64,000 nucleotides of DNA from positions 30,514 through 94,513 of the IMG/VR virus record IMGVR_UViG_2867207765_000001. The stretch is one strand, 5' to 3'. Positions 1 through 9,415 of this stretch are shown here, piece by piece; within the stretch, counting starts at the first letter, position 1; every line of letters starts with the position of its first letter. A model generated the notes under the pieces. That model made no database searches and was not told where the DNA came from. It was given only the letters and a program-made list of their open reading frames with translations. The position numbers were made by a program, and so were the translations under genes. The DNA is from a virus (lineage: Duplodnaviria; Caudoviricetes).

Positions 1-259
1 TCGTCCCGACGAGGGCGAGGCCGAGAAACGTCCCGGCGATACCCGCCGCGGCCCCGCGGACGATGAACGTCGCTGCGAGGAGCACCGCCATCACCAGCAG
101 GGGGATGAGGACGAACGCGTCCGCGGTGAACCATCGGGCGAAACCGTGGACCATCTGCGGCCCCCAGAAGATGGCGGGGATGCCGACACAGATTCCGACG
201 ATGACCACGGCGGTGACGAGCGCACCAACCGCTGTCGAGAACGTAGAAGAGCGACGCAT
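1..259 (-). CDS. membrane protein, runs off the left edge of the window
   Basis: ATG at 259 reads MRRSSTFSTAVGALVTAVVIVGICVGIPAIFWG..., two hydrophobic segments; CGCATAG motif at 302-311 upstream. Confidence 0.6.
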   Translation of the reverse strand, partial: MRRSSTFSTAVGALVTAVVIVGICVGIPAIFWGPQMVHGFARWFTADAFVLIPLLVMAVLLAATFIVRGAAAGIAGTFLGLALVGT

Positions 260-344
260 GGAAGAGATCCGTTCTGTCGGCGCGAGCCGCCGACATCATC
301 CCTATGCGCGGGACCACGTCGGGGCTGCCGCGCACATGCGGAGC

Positions 345-1262
345 GTGACCCATCAGTTCGTGCGTAAGTCCCAGACCGGAGAGCCCACCAGCAACGGAGG
401 CCACTTCGGCAGCCACAAGCGCAGCAACGACCAGGTCAACCTCGGTCAGCTCGCCGCACCAGCAGGGGTTGGCAAGGAAGCCACCGTCTGGTGGGTGGAG
501 GAGGTGCCACCGGTCGGCCGGCAGCGCAAGCCCCGCCGGGAACGGAAGTCGGGCACCATCTGCGTCACACTCCCCGTCATCGCGGCGGAGGACGCCCCGG
601 TGACGTTCCGGGTGCCGTCGGAGTTCACCGATGACGAATCGGAAGTCCGCGAGTTCCGTACGTACGACGGGGCCCTCTACTGGTCGACGCCGTTCCACGA
701 CACCCACGCCACCGCCGAACAACTTCTCGGGCAGGTTGCATCCCGTGTCGGCCAGGAGACGCATCCCAGCAAGGACCACGCCCAGCGGGAGGCGCAGGAG
801 CGGCTGCGGGACATTGTCGTCATCGACGGGATCGTCTGGGAGAGGACTGCGGAACCCGGCTACCAGATCCGCACCTACGGGGAACCCGGCGGGAAGGACA
901 GCAGAACCACCATCGGGTACGGCATCAAGGCCGCCGACAAGCACGGAGATCCGTGGTTCCCCGCCAGCCCGGCCGGATACGGCACCGCCGTTCACGCCGC
1001 CCTCGAACTCGCCGCACAACGCGGCGATACTGAGTCCATGGAACGTATCCCGCAGACGAAGCAGATCGGCACCGCACCGGAGACGCCGGTCGGGACGTTC
1101 TGGGATGAGCCGAAGTTCCAGCAAGGCCTCCTCGAGGACATCCGCACCGAGATTGCCGATCGGAAGTACGAAGGCCGCGACACACCCGACATCATGGAGA
1201 AGCTCTACGCGCAGCGCGGCGACCTCGTCCGGAAGCTCCGCGCAGCTGGCTACGACGCGTAA
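345..1262 (+). CDS. hypothetical protein, paralog 1 of tandem triplet, N-terminal G-x-F tag
   Basis: GTG 10 nt after the CGCA of CGCACATG; shares APxxF, RxxDGxLY, VIDGxxW..EPxY and FPA motifs with the next two ORFs. Confidence 0.75.
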   Translation: MTHQFVRKSQTGEPTSNGGHFGSHKRSNDQVNLGQLAAPAGVGKEATVWWVEEVPPVGRQRKPRRERKSGTICVTLPVIAAEDAPVTFRVPSEFTDDESEVREFRTYDGALYWSTPFHDTHATAEQLLGQVASRVGQETHPSKDHAQREAQERLRDIVVIDGIVWERTAEPGYQIRTYGEPGGKDSRTTIGYGIKAADKHGDPWFPASPAGYGTAVHAALELAAQRGDTESMERIPQTKQIGTAPETPVGTFWDEPKFQQGLLEDIRTEIADRKYEGRDTPDIMEKLYAQRGDLVRKLRAAGYDA

Positions 1263-1289
1263 TACGCCGCGGCCGCGCACATGCCGGTC

Positions 1290-2285
1290 ATGACCGCAGA
1301 CAGCATCATCCGCAAGAGCCACACCGGGGAAGCCGGGAACCGCGGTGAGTTCGGAACGCACCGCCACGACGACGACACCATCGACCTTGGCGTTGCTGGA
1401 AAGGGAGCATCCCTGCCCGCGTACGAGCAGGAGGTGGGCATCTCCTGGTACGAGATGGGGCTGCCGTCCTCTCGTCACCGTAAGTTTGTTCCAATCAAGC
1501 AGGAGGGGACCCACATCGTTCGGATCCCGCAGGTCTCCGCGGCCGATGCTCCGGAAGCGATGACCTACATCAGCAAGGACGTCTGGACAAAGGAGGAGAC
1601 GGAGCACCGTTTCCGAGCCATCGACGGTGAGCTGTACCGGCTCGTGCCAGGCGGTGCTGACGCGGTCACCGGCATCGCCCGGAGGGAGAGCTCCGGCTCC
1701 CAGTACCCCGACCGTTGGGGTGAGACGGTTGGCTCAGCGAAGGTACGTCAGCAAATGGACGAAGCGATCGAGGACTTCGTCCTCATCGACGGTGAAGCGT
1801 GGAGGCGAACGCCGGAGCCTGTGTATCAGGTGTCTAACCCTGGGATGGGCGGGAGCTACGCGTTCATCAATGTCGCTGGCGCACCGGACACCAGCGAGGA
1901 GGCAGCCAGCAGCGACTTCTTCCCCGCCGACCAGTACGAAGAAGCAGTCGCGTTCGCTGGGCGGTTCGGACACGAGGTCAGCGGACCGGACGAGGGGAAC
2001 CGCATCACACCCATGAACGGGTTCATCCCCGGGTCGACCTGGACTCCAGCGACCCGCATCTCGTTCCCCGACGAGCCGCTGTACACGCTCGACAGTACAC
2101 AGTTCGCGAGCGCGTTCGCTGAGGTGCGGAGCACGGTGGAGTCGGTGCCCGGTGCCGTCACAGTCGTCGATGACGGGCGAGGCGGCACCCGCCGAAAGGT
2201 CGACTGGACGAAATTCACCGCTCATCAAAAGTCGCAGTACGAGAACTACGTCACGCGCGCGGTCGAGGAGGGATACCTCCTCTAA
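1290..2285 (+). CDS. hypothetical protein, paralog 2 of tandem triplet, G-x-F tag
   Basis: ORF 1281..2285, ATG 1290 at 10-nt spacing from the motif; clear similarity to neighbours. Confidence 0.8.
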   Translation: MTADSIIRKSHTGEAGNRGEFGTHRHDDDTIDLGVAGKGASLPAYEQEVGISWYEMGLPSSRHRKFVPIKQEGTHIVRIPQVSAADAPEAMTYISKDVWTKEETEHRFRAIDGELYRLVPGGADAVTGIARRESSGSQYPDRWGETVGSAKVRQQMDEAIEDFVLIDGEAWRRTPEPVYQVSNPGMGGSYAFINVAGAPDTSEEAASSDFFPADQYEEAVAFAGRFGHEVSGPDEGNRITPMNGFIPGSTWTPATRISFPDEPLYTLDSTQFASAFAEVRSTVESVPGAVTVVDDGRGGTRRKVDWTKFTAHQKSQYENYVTRAVEEGYLL

Positions 2286-2366
2286 CCAGTGCCGCCACGA
2301 GCGCCGCTGCGCCGCCAGGTGTTGCGGCGCTTCGTTGGTTCAGCAGTCCCCGCGCACATGCTGGTC

Positions 2367-3383
2367 ATGAACATGTCCACACCAGCGCACAAGGGGCAGG
2401 TCGGCGAACCCGGCCACGCCGGGCACTTCGCTCACACCCGTCACGACCACGACGAATCGGTCACCCTCAGCCTCGGCGCCCAGCCCGGCCGCGTTGACCT
2501 CGCACCGCTCACCCGCGAGGTCGACGTCGCCTGGTACGACCAGGAGCTCCCCTCGAAGCGGCACCGGAAGACAGTTGCCGTGGAGAAGCGCGGTACGGTC
2601 ACGGTGAGCATCCGCCGGATCGCCGTCGAGGACGCTCCCGCAGCGTTCTCGCGCCCCCTCGGACCGGAGAGCGACGCCGCCGTCATCAACTACCGGGTCG
2701 TCGACGGCCAGCTGTACTCCGACGCGGACGACCGCCGCGGTGAGCCATGGTCTGCAGTCAATGACCTCATCGACGACTGGGCTAACCAGTCACAGGCCGA
2801 CCAGTGGCACCACAAGACGGAGTCGGAGGTGAAAGCAAGCATCGAAGAGCGCGCCGAACGCGTCGTCGTCATCGACGACAAGACATGGGGGAAGGCGAAG
2901 GAGCCCGTGTACGGGATCACCACCTTCGGTCCCGGCGGAGGCGGCACCAGCATCTTCATCGAGACGGCGCCAACCACACAGCACGAAGCCGCAGACCCCT
3001 CCTACTTCCCAGCAGACCAGTACGACGAGGCGGTCGCATACGCGGTCGAAACGGCGACCCGCCGGGGCGACACCCAGTCGCTGGGTCGTCTGCAAGCCGC
3101 ACCACGCATCGAAGTGACCGGGGCGTTCCAGCCGGGAACGACCTGGAACCCGGCACCACGGTTCGAGTTCCAGTACGCATGGGAGAACCACGCCCGCGGG
3201 TTCGCCGCGTCATTCGCACAGCTCCGAAACGGCATCGCCTCAGTTCCCGGGGCCGTCGTCGTCGAACCGGACGGGAACGGCGGAACCCAACGACGGGTGG
3301 ACTGGACGACGGTCACCGCCGAACACAAGTCGGCGTACAAGAGCTACCTCGACCGCGCCGCGGAAGAAGGCATCCTCCTCTAG
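2367..3383 (+). CDS. hypothetical protein, paralog 3 of tandem triplet, G-x-F tag
   Basis: ATG 2367 at 10-nt spacing; C-terminus RRVDWT...RAAEEGILL matches RKVDWT...RAVEEGYLL of paralog 2. Confidence 0.8.
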   Translation: MNMSTPAHKGQVGEPGHAGHFAHTRHDHDESVTLSLGAQPGRVDLAPLTREVDVAWYDQELPSKRHRKTVAVEKRGTVTVSIRRIAVEDAPAAFSRPLGPESDAAVINYRVVDGQLYSDADDRRGEPWSAVNDLIDDWANQSQADQWHHKTESEVKASIEERAERVVVIDDKTWGKAKEPVYGITTFGPGGGGTSIFIETAPTTQHEAADPSYFPADQYDEAVAYAVETATRRGDTQSLGRLQAAPRIEVTGAFQPGTTWNPAPRFEFQYAWENHARGFAASFAQLRNGIASVPGAVVVEPDGNGGTQRRVDWTTVTAEHKSAYKSYLDRAAEEGILL

Positions 3384-3442
3384 CCGGGAACGACGGAGCG
3401 CCGCGGTCCGCTGGGCGGGCCGTGGCGCTTCGATGTTCGGGG

Positions 3443-4048
3443 TCAGACGGCAGTAGCGGGAGAGGTGGGTGTGCCGCGCAGGGCCGTCAGGAGCTCCCGT
3501 CGCATCCGCAGGAGCCGGTCGTCCTGCTCGGTCAGCTCCTGCTGCAACGTGTCCGGGTGATCCAGTTCCAGCTGCTCCCAGAACGACATCTCGCCTGGCG
3601 CTTCCGCGCGAGCGGCGAGGAGCAGCAGCGTCGCAACGTACTGCGTCTGCGCGATGAGACGACGGACCGCGTTCCGCGTTCGACGCGGCTGCGGGCCGGC
3701 TTCCTGATACGCCTCGAGCACCCGCTGCAATTCAACGACATGGCCAGTCACCGCAGCCCGGTAGCCGGGCATCGTGGCGAACTCCGGCGACGACGGAGCG
3801 ATTCGAGGCTTCGGAAACAGCAGCAGCCGCACGATGACGTACACGCTGCAGGCAATGAGGACACAGAACCAGCCGGATCCGATGACATCCGATCCCGAAG
3901 CGTCCAGGCCGCGCAGGAACGCCACACCGAGCAGCGCCACCGGTGCGGCCATGACCATGCGGATGAGGACCGGTCGGATGGTGTGCACACCGACGACGAC
4001 GTAGTCGTCGATGGCGGAGTACACGATGCGGGTGCGGGAGCCGAGCAT
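3443..4048 (-). CDS. membrane protein
   Basis: ORF 3443..4195 with start moved to ATG 4048 because the upstream part overlaps a tRNA; two TM segments. Confidence 0.65.
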   Translation of the reverse strand: MLGSRTRIVYSAIDDYVVVGVHTIRPVLIRMVMAAPVALLGVAFLRGLDASGSDVIGSGWFCVLIACSVYVIVRLLLFPKPRIAPSSPEFATMPGYRAAVTGHVVELQRVLEAYQEAGPQPRRTRNAVRRLIAQTQYVATLLLLAARAEAPGEMSFWEQLELDHPDTLQQELTEQDDRLLRMRRELLTALRGTPTSPATAV

Positions 4049-4109
4049 GCTGCGTCCGTTCGTCACGTGAGGTGCGGTCGAACGGTCTATGCGCAGCCAC
4101 TCAAGGCAG

Positions 4110-4183
4110 TGCCCCCGCCGGGACTCGAACCCGGAGTCTGCCGGGTAGAAGCCGGCTGCCGTGTCCAGTTGGGCCACGGAGGC
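4110..4183 (-). tRNA. tRNA-Arg(TCT)
   Basis: Cloverleaf; anticodon arm GCCGG-CTTCTAC-CCGGC; GGTTCGAGTCC T-arm. Confidence 0.9.
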
Positions 4184-4216
4184 AGAGGAGCCCACAGCGC
4201 AAGACAGGGCCGCGGC

Positions 4217-4430
4217 TACGCGGCGCGAGCGACAATGTCGTCGAACTCGTCGTCGGTGACGTCGTTCAGCGTCTGGTAGCCAGACGTCTGAAGTCGGTCG
4301 GCGACCTGAGCGAGCCAGGACAGGTCGTCCGGGTCAGCGTCGTGACGCTCGAGCAGGTACGCGCGGATGTCCGCCGGGCTCTTCCGGCCATGGCATCACG
4401 GATGCGCGTTGAGGTGGTGAAAACAGCCAT
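4217..4430 (-). pseudogene. small acidic protein gene split by a 1-nt frameshift
   Basis: RBS GAAGGAG + ATG 4430 gives MAVFTTSTRIRDAM; adding one G continues GRKSPADIRAYLLERHD...DDEFDDIVARAA*. Confidence 0.45.
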
Positions 4431-4651
4431 GGGAGATGCTCCTTCCAGAAGCGAATGTTCGAAGTTGTTCATGTGCTGCCGACAAGGGGGCGAGTGCCGC
4501 TACCGTTCCGGCTGTGGCGTTGCGATGGAGTATGGGATTACCCGGGCCGTTCTACCTTTCCGGGCGAGTGTTCCCGCGAATGCCGCACGGGCGGCGAACC
4601 AGTCTCCGCGCCCTCAGCCGCGACCCCGCTGTTCGCGCCGGCGGTCGCTTC

Positions 4652-4834
4652 ATGCGGCTGCTGCTGGTCGGCACCTGGTGGCTCGGTGTTGGGATGCTGA
4701 TTGTCGGCTACTGGATGTACCTCGGGTTCATAGCCGGCGTCTGGTGGGTGATTGCGTCGATCGTCGAGCGGAGACTGCTGCCGTGGCCTGTTCCCGCTCA
4801 TGCATGGCGGTTCTGGCGTCACACGGGCGTTTGA
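4652..4834 (+). CDS. small membrane protein
   Basis: Hydrophobic, Trp-rich 3' part of ORF 4436..4834. Confidence 0.45.
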   Translation: MRLLLVGTWWLGVGMLIVGYWMYLGFIAGVWWVIASIVERRLLPWPVPAHAWRFWRHTGV

Positions 4835-4841
4835 ACCGGGA

Positions 4842-4916
4842 TGGAGCGGCAGGCGGGACTCGAACCCGCTCCTCCTCGTCGGCAACGAGGTGCTCTACCA
4901 GTTGAGCTACTGCCGC
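4842..4916 (-). tRNA. tRNA-Gly(GCC)
   Basis: CCTCG-TTGCCGA-CGAGG; CCA encoded. Confidence 0.95.
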
Positions 4917-4988
4917 ACGGTCGACGGCGAGCGCAGGCATCAGATACTGCGTTCACCGACGTGGTGCTGCCGGTGACCGCGGAGCGGC

Positions 4989-5459
4989 CTACTTCCGCAC
5001 CGACGGTGTGGGCGATGGTGCCTCGTCGGGCGCCGGCAGTGGTGCCGTCCCGCGCAGGGGCGAAGGAACCGGCTTCGGAGCGACGGCACCAGCAGGACTG
5101 GTCGCCGCGATCCCCGGAGCGATAGCCCCCACCGCAGGAGCAGCGGCACGCGGCGGCGTCCTGCCGCCAGCGCTAGCCCCAGCGGTCGTCGAGGAGCCCG
5201 ACACTGTCCCCGCAGTGGTGCTGCCCGTGCCTGAGGTGCTTCCGGCGCTCGAGGTGGCGCCGGGCGGCGCGGGCGGCGCCGTGGCGCCGCCCAGCTGTGT
5301 CGTCGTGGTGGTGACGTCAGGGATGACGTGCTGCACGCTGCCGCCTCCGGAGACGAACAGGGCAGTGAGGACGGCGGCCGCTACCGCGACAACTACGAGA
5401 GCGGTAACGAGGATGACCCGCGAACGCTTGGCGCGCACGACGAACTCGTTAGTCCGCAT
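4989..5459 (-). CDS. membrane-anchored Thr/Ser/Pro/Gly-rich protein
   Basis: RBS GAAGGAG, N-terminal TM, low-complexity tail. Confidence 0.7.
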   Translation of the reverse strand: MRTNEFVVRAKRSRVILVTALVVVAVAAAVLTALFVSGGGSVQHVIPDVTTTTTQLGGATAPPAPPGATSSAGSTSGTGSTTAGTVSGSSTTAGASAGGRTPPRAAAPAVGAIAPGIAATSPAGAVAPKPVPSPLRGTAPLPAPDEAPSPTPSVRK

Positions 5460-5602
5460 AACTCTCCTTCCCCTTCTGGTATTGTTGTTGTGAACGACAG
5501 GAATGGTTCAGTTCCTGTTTCCGATGGGTGCCCCCGGCAGGTATCGAGCCCGCGTCCCCCGATTAAAAGTCGGGTGCTATTTCCGTCTCAGCTACGGAGG
5601 CA

Positions 5603-5677
5603 TGGAGCCTGAACCGGGATTCGAACCCGGGACATTCCGCTTACGATGCGGTTGCTCTACCACTGAGCTATTCAGGC
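5603..5677 (-). tRNA. tRNA-Thr(CGT)
   Basis: Loop ATCGTAA; CCA encoded. Confidence 0.92.
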
Positions 5678-5758
5678 TTGGATTGTTCCCGCCGGGAGGG
5701 TGTACATCCCGGCGGGAACAACGCTTCTATGCGCGGGCAGTTCCGGCTGCTGCGGCGA

Positions 5759-6472
5759 TTAGTTGCGGCAGCCGTTCCGGTACCAGTCCAGCGACTCCTG
5801 CAGCTGCTCCGGCGTGCCGTACTCGAGGCGGATTTGCGCCGGTCCGGTGAGCTCCCGCATGAGCACCCGAGGGGGCTGGAACGGGAAGCCGGCGTTCTCC
5901 AACCGGTCGTCCGCCTGCACAGCGTTCTTCCACGGGGTGTCGCCGGCCGGGTCGTAGAACCGGACCTCGTTGAGGAGCGCGGACCTCGTAACCCCGCTCT
6001 CGTCGGCGGAATCGAACCGAAGCAGGCCAAGTTCCGCTCGGAACCGGTACGCCAGCTTCCCGTCCTCGTCTCGCGCCCACGGATGCACGCCCTTCAGCGC
6101 GGTGTAGCCCGCACGCTCCCGGAAGTCCGGGACGGCGTTCGCCACCACAAGAAGCGGCAGCGTGTACATCCAGCTCTGCCGGTCTGTCGGGGTGATGATG
6201 AGCAGCGACGTCAGCTGCACAGTGGCGTCACCGAGCACCATCGGCGTGTACGGGACCGGGTTCCGTGTGATCGTCACCGTGTCCGGCACCTTGCCCTCGA
6301 GACGGGACAGCGGAAACACCGCCGACTCCGGCTGCGCGTCGCGGTCCCCGGTCCCGAGGAGCTCCAGCGTCACGTCCTCACCATCGATGGCGGCCACCCG
6401 GCCGTACCGCGGGAGACCCCGCTCCTGAGCGGAGATGTACGCGTTGCCGCCGACGTAAAGGTTCCTGGTCAC
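5759..6472 (-). CDS. hypothetical protein
   Basis: ORF 5759..6616, GTG 6472 with GGAG RBS and upstream CGCATAG motif (6519-6528). Confidence 0.7.
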   Translation of the reverse strand: MTRNLYVGGNAYISAQERGLPRYGRVAAIDGEDVTLELLGTGDRDAQPESAVFPLSRLEGKVPDTVTITRNPVPYTPMVLGDATVQLTSLLIITPTDRQSWMYTLPLLVVANAVPDFRERAGYTALKGVHPWARDEDGKLAYRFRAELGLLRFDSADESGVTRSALLNEVRFYDPAGDTPWKNAVQADDRLENAGFPFQPPRVLMRELTGPAQIRLEYGTPEQLQESLDWYRNGCRN

Positions 6473-6548
6473 GAGCGCTGCTCCGTTCCGCGGCGCCGTC
6501 GCGGCGCCGTCACGACCTCTATGCGCGGAACGGTGACACTCCTGTGCG

Positions 6549-6622
6549 AGGCGACGACAGGAATCGAACCTGCGTGACCCGGGTTGCAGCCGGGCGCCTA
6601 CGTGCCACTCAGCCACGCCGCC
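6549..6622 (-). tRNA. tRNA-Cys(GCA)
   Basis: CCCGG-CTGCAAC-CCGGG, U73. Confidence 0.93.
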
Positions 6623-6923
6623 ATGATGTGCCCGCCGCGGGAGCGTGACTCCCCGCGGGCGACTCCCAGATGTTGCACCGGGAGGTGGTTCGCGGGCGGG
6701 AGAGGCCCGACCCAGAGTCGCCCCTGGCCGGCTTGCACCGCTCGATTCCCCGGACCTTGCCGGGCCTGCGCACCCCGACGCAGCCTGCTGCTTCGGAGAC
6801 GGCTTCGGACTCCGCCCCTGAAGGCGTCACCGCGTCGCGTGAAAGGCGCGCGCCCACCTGTGAAGGTGAGCACGATGAGTGTGCGACTGCTCCACCGCGT
6901 CGTACGCGGTGTGCGTGGACCTG

Positions 6924-7370
6924 CTACCCGTTGGACGGGCCAGCGGGCACGGTGGTGGCGGTCGGCATGGGTGTTCCGTGCGGGACCGGGGTGATGGAGC
7001 CGTTGTCGCCGACGACTGCGCCGGCGTCGGGGACGGCCGGTGTGAAGTCGCGGACGAACGGTGTCTCCGTGACCGCACCCCGAACGGACTCGCCGAGCGC
7101 GGGAACCGTCTGGCCGGCCCGGTAGTACACCCACGTGGTGGCGACCTCGTGTTCCGCGCAGTTTTCGTCCGGAAGCCGCTCCAACGTCTTCGTGTCGGAG
7201 CAGACCTTCGCGTACCAGTACGTCGTGTGTTGGGCGGACGAGCCATCGTCCGTCATCAGGCCCAAGGACCAGAAGATGCCGATCAGGAAGACGAACAGGG
7301 AGATGACCAAGCAGATGGGAAGGACTGCGTCCTCGATGTCACCGCGATCAGAGCGGAGGAAGTTCTTCAC
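6924..7370 (-). CDS. exported/membrane protein with two-Cys module, paralog of 15984..16511
   Basis: TM segment, then VCSDTKTLERLPDENC...WVYYRAGQTVPALG, similar to ACVAKTTHKRVADSNC...WYFYPYGATVPAVG. Confidence 0.7.
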   Translation of the reverse strand: MKNFLRSDRGDIEDAVLPICLVISLFVFLIGIFWSLGLMTDDGSSAQHTTYWYAKVCSDTKTLERLPDENCAEHEVATTWVYYRAGQTVPALGESVRGAVTETPFVRDFTPAVPDAGAVVGDNGSITPVPHGTPMPTATTVPAGPSNG

Positions 7371-7437
7371 GCCGTCCCCTATGCCTGCGACATCGGATGA
7401 GAAGGGCGGGCCGCCGCGCCCAACAACTGAGCGGCTT

Positions 7438-7510
7438 GGACCTGGTCAGACTCGAACCCGCGGTGCCCGGCATGCCCTGCAGGTGCGCCACCGGCTGCGC
7501 GACAGGCGTG
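7438..7510 (-). pseudogene. degenerate copy of tRNA-Ala(GGC)
   Basis: Aligns along its length with the tRNA at 7728-7800 but has broken anticodon and T stems. Confidence 0.7.
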
Positions 7511-7727
7511 CCCGGCCGTCGCGCGTGAGTGCGCGACGGCCGGATTGTCGCTTCCCCGCAACAGTGGCCGACGGTATTGCCGCAACTTGATACGGGTACT
7601 ACTTCGGGTTGCCCAGATGGATGGTCCGGAGTTACCGCTGCCGCCTCTACCGTCGCGGGGCGCCCGCCGGCGGGTGCTGGTGCGACGGCCTGTACGGCAA
7701 TGTCCGTGCGTCTCCCAACGCACGACG

Positions 7728-7800
7728 TGGACCTGGCCGGGCTCGAACCGGCGACCCCCTGCATGCCATGCAGGTGCGCTACCAACTGCGCCACAGGCCC
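7728..7800 (-). tRNA. tRNA-Ala(GGC)
   Basis: CCTGC-ATGGCAT-GCAGG; G3:U70. Confidence 0.95.
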
Positions 7801-7907
7801 ATGCTTCCGGCCGTCGGACAGGTTCTGCTGCCGACAGCCGGACCGTTCCACTGATCGGCTCAGTGGGAAGCCTCCCCACTCCTATGCAGGGTGGGGACGT
7901 TCAGCCG

Positions 7908-8969
7908 CTACGCGTCATTCTTCATCGCGTACTTGTTGCTGATGGCCTTCCAGGACGCGCGGATGACCTTCCCGTCCACGACGATCTTCGACGTTGTCTT
8001 CGCCCGCCAGACGACACCCTCGGCGTTGCGCTGCGGATTCACCAGCGACTTCAGACCGTCGACCTGCGCGAGCGCCTCGTCCGAGGTGTGCGGGTACGGC
8101 AGGTCGTAGACGGGAACGGCGATGTCGAGGACGAACTGCGGCCAGGAGTCGCGGGGGAGCTCCTGCCCGTCGACGATGAGGGTGAACGCGGCGAAGGTGA
8201 CGTCGCGGAGCTGCAGCGGGTTCTTCTGGATGCCGGGCCCGAACAGCTCACCCTGCAGGGCGATGGTGTTCGCGTCCGGGAACGCGCTGCGGAGCCGGTT
8301 GTGCAGGTCGAGTTCGAGGGCCTTCTTCCACATGGAGTGGTCCTCGTTCCGCTTGAACTCGTAGTTGCGGCCAGCGACACCGTCCTGGTCGCCGAGGATG
8401 AACACCGTCATCGACGTGCCGTCGACCTTCTCGGTGGCGACCCACTCGACGTCGCGGGCGCGCAGCGGCTCCGACACGTTCTGGATGCGCTCCTCGTCCG
8501 TCTTTGGGAACTGCGCGGGGAAGTTCCCAGCGACGTCACCGGCGATACCAGCAGGCAGCGGCGGGTCCCACTTGCGGACCCGGAGGACGTCGGTGACGTC
8601 GGTGCCGAAGTCGAGGCCGGCGACCTCGGGGAACTCGGACAGCGGGAACACGATGCCCTGCGAGTACTGGCCGCGGAGCTTCGCGGTCTTGAGGACATGG
8701 CCGGTGAACCCGGTCAGCGCGTCGGTGCGTACGCCACGCGGGGCGAGGAACGCGAACCGCGGGTCGGTGGTGTCCAGGTGGGAGTCCACCTCGATGTACA
8801 CGCACGGGTCGCCGATGGAGAACTCGCCCTTCTTCACCACGACGTCCCAGCCGCGGACGCGAACACGCTCGATGGCGTCGGCGTCAGGGATGGGCTGCAC
8901 GTCGAGGATGGTTTCAACGGTTGCGAGTGCACGTTCCGTCGTGGGCGGCTGAATGAGGATGTCGGTCAT
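7908..8969 (-). CDS. RNA ligase, Rnl2 / DRB0094 family
   Basis: N-terminal PIPDADAIE...LRGQYSQG domain; nucleotidyltransferase motifs TEKVDGTS, QGELFGPGIQKN, EGVV, KAISNKY. Confidence 0.92.
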   Translation of the reverse strand: MTDILIQPPTTERALATVETILDVQPIPDADAIERVRVRGWDVVVKKGEFSIGDPCVYIEVDSHLDTTDPRFAFLAPRGVRTDALTGFTGHVLKTAKLRGQYSQGIVFPLSEFPEVAGLDFGTDVTDVLRVRKWDPPLPAGIAGDVAGNFPAQFPKTDEERIQNVSEPLRARDVEWVATEKVDGTSMTVFILGDQDGVAGRNYEFKRNEDHSMWKKALELDLHNRLRSAFPDANTIALQGELFGPGIQKNPLQLRDVTFAAFTLIVDGQELPRDSWPQFVLDIAVPVYDLPYPHTSDEALAQVDGLKSLVNPQRNAEGVVWRAKTTSKIVVDGKVIRASWKAISNKYAMKNDA

Positions 8970-8976
8970 GGCTCTT

Positions 8977-8986
8977 CTATGCGCGG
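8977..8986 (-). promoter_or_regulatory. CCGCGCATAG element-specific promoter motif (example; leaderless start of the RNA ligase)
   Basis: CGCA lies exactly 10 nt before ATG 8969 with no SD; the motif and close variants recur more than 20 times. Confidence 0.65.
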
Positions 8987-9021
8987 AGTTCGGCGCTGCA
9001 ATGCAACAGCAGCTGGCGGGA

Positions 9022-9372
9022 TCACGCTATGGCGAATGCAGTGATCCGATGTCCGTTCTCGGTGAACCAGGTGCCGTGCTGACCTCCGATGAGGACGAGC
9101 TCATCGTCTTTCCCGTCGAGGCGGGCGATGGCGCACACCCCGTCGGTGTCGGCGATGAAGGTGCCGGTGTAGGCGAAGTGGTCGTCACCTCCGGCGCTGA
9201 TGCTGAACACTGCCCGGTCACCGTCCTGTGCGGCCGCGACGTTCACCGGGGTGAGCCCGTCGGTGCTGACCCCGTGCGCGGAGAGGTTGACGGCAGACGG
9301 GGTGAACGTCTTCTCGCTGAAGCGGCCGTCGGTGCTGCGGGGATGGTCGGAGGTCACAAACGTGGCGGTCAT
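9022..9372 (-). CDS. hypothetical protein with HPR...GRF tag
   Basis: MTATFVTSDHPRSTDGRFSEK; paralog of the N-terminal half of 9416..10195. Confidence 0.75.
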   Translation of the reverse strand: MTATFVTSDHPRSTDGRFSEKTFTPSAVNLSAHGVSTDGLTPVNVAAAQDGDRAVFSISAGGDDHFAYTGTFIADTDGVCAIARLDGKDDELVLIGGQHGTWFTENGHRITAFAIA

Positions 9373-9415
9373 AACCGATCTGTGTGCGGCAGCCAGCCGG
9401 CGGTGCCGATGGGGC

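Noticed and set aside
7554-7660. Lysine riboswitch, suggested by the GTAGAGGCG start
   Set aside because: Too short, lacks the other conserved elements, and no lysine gene downstream.
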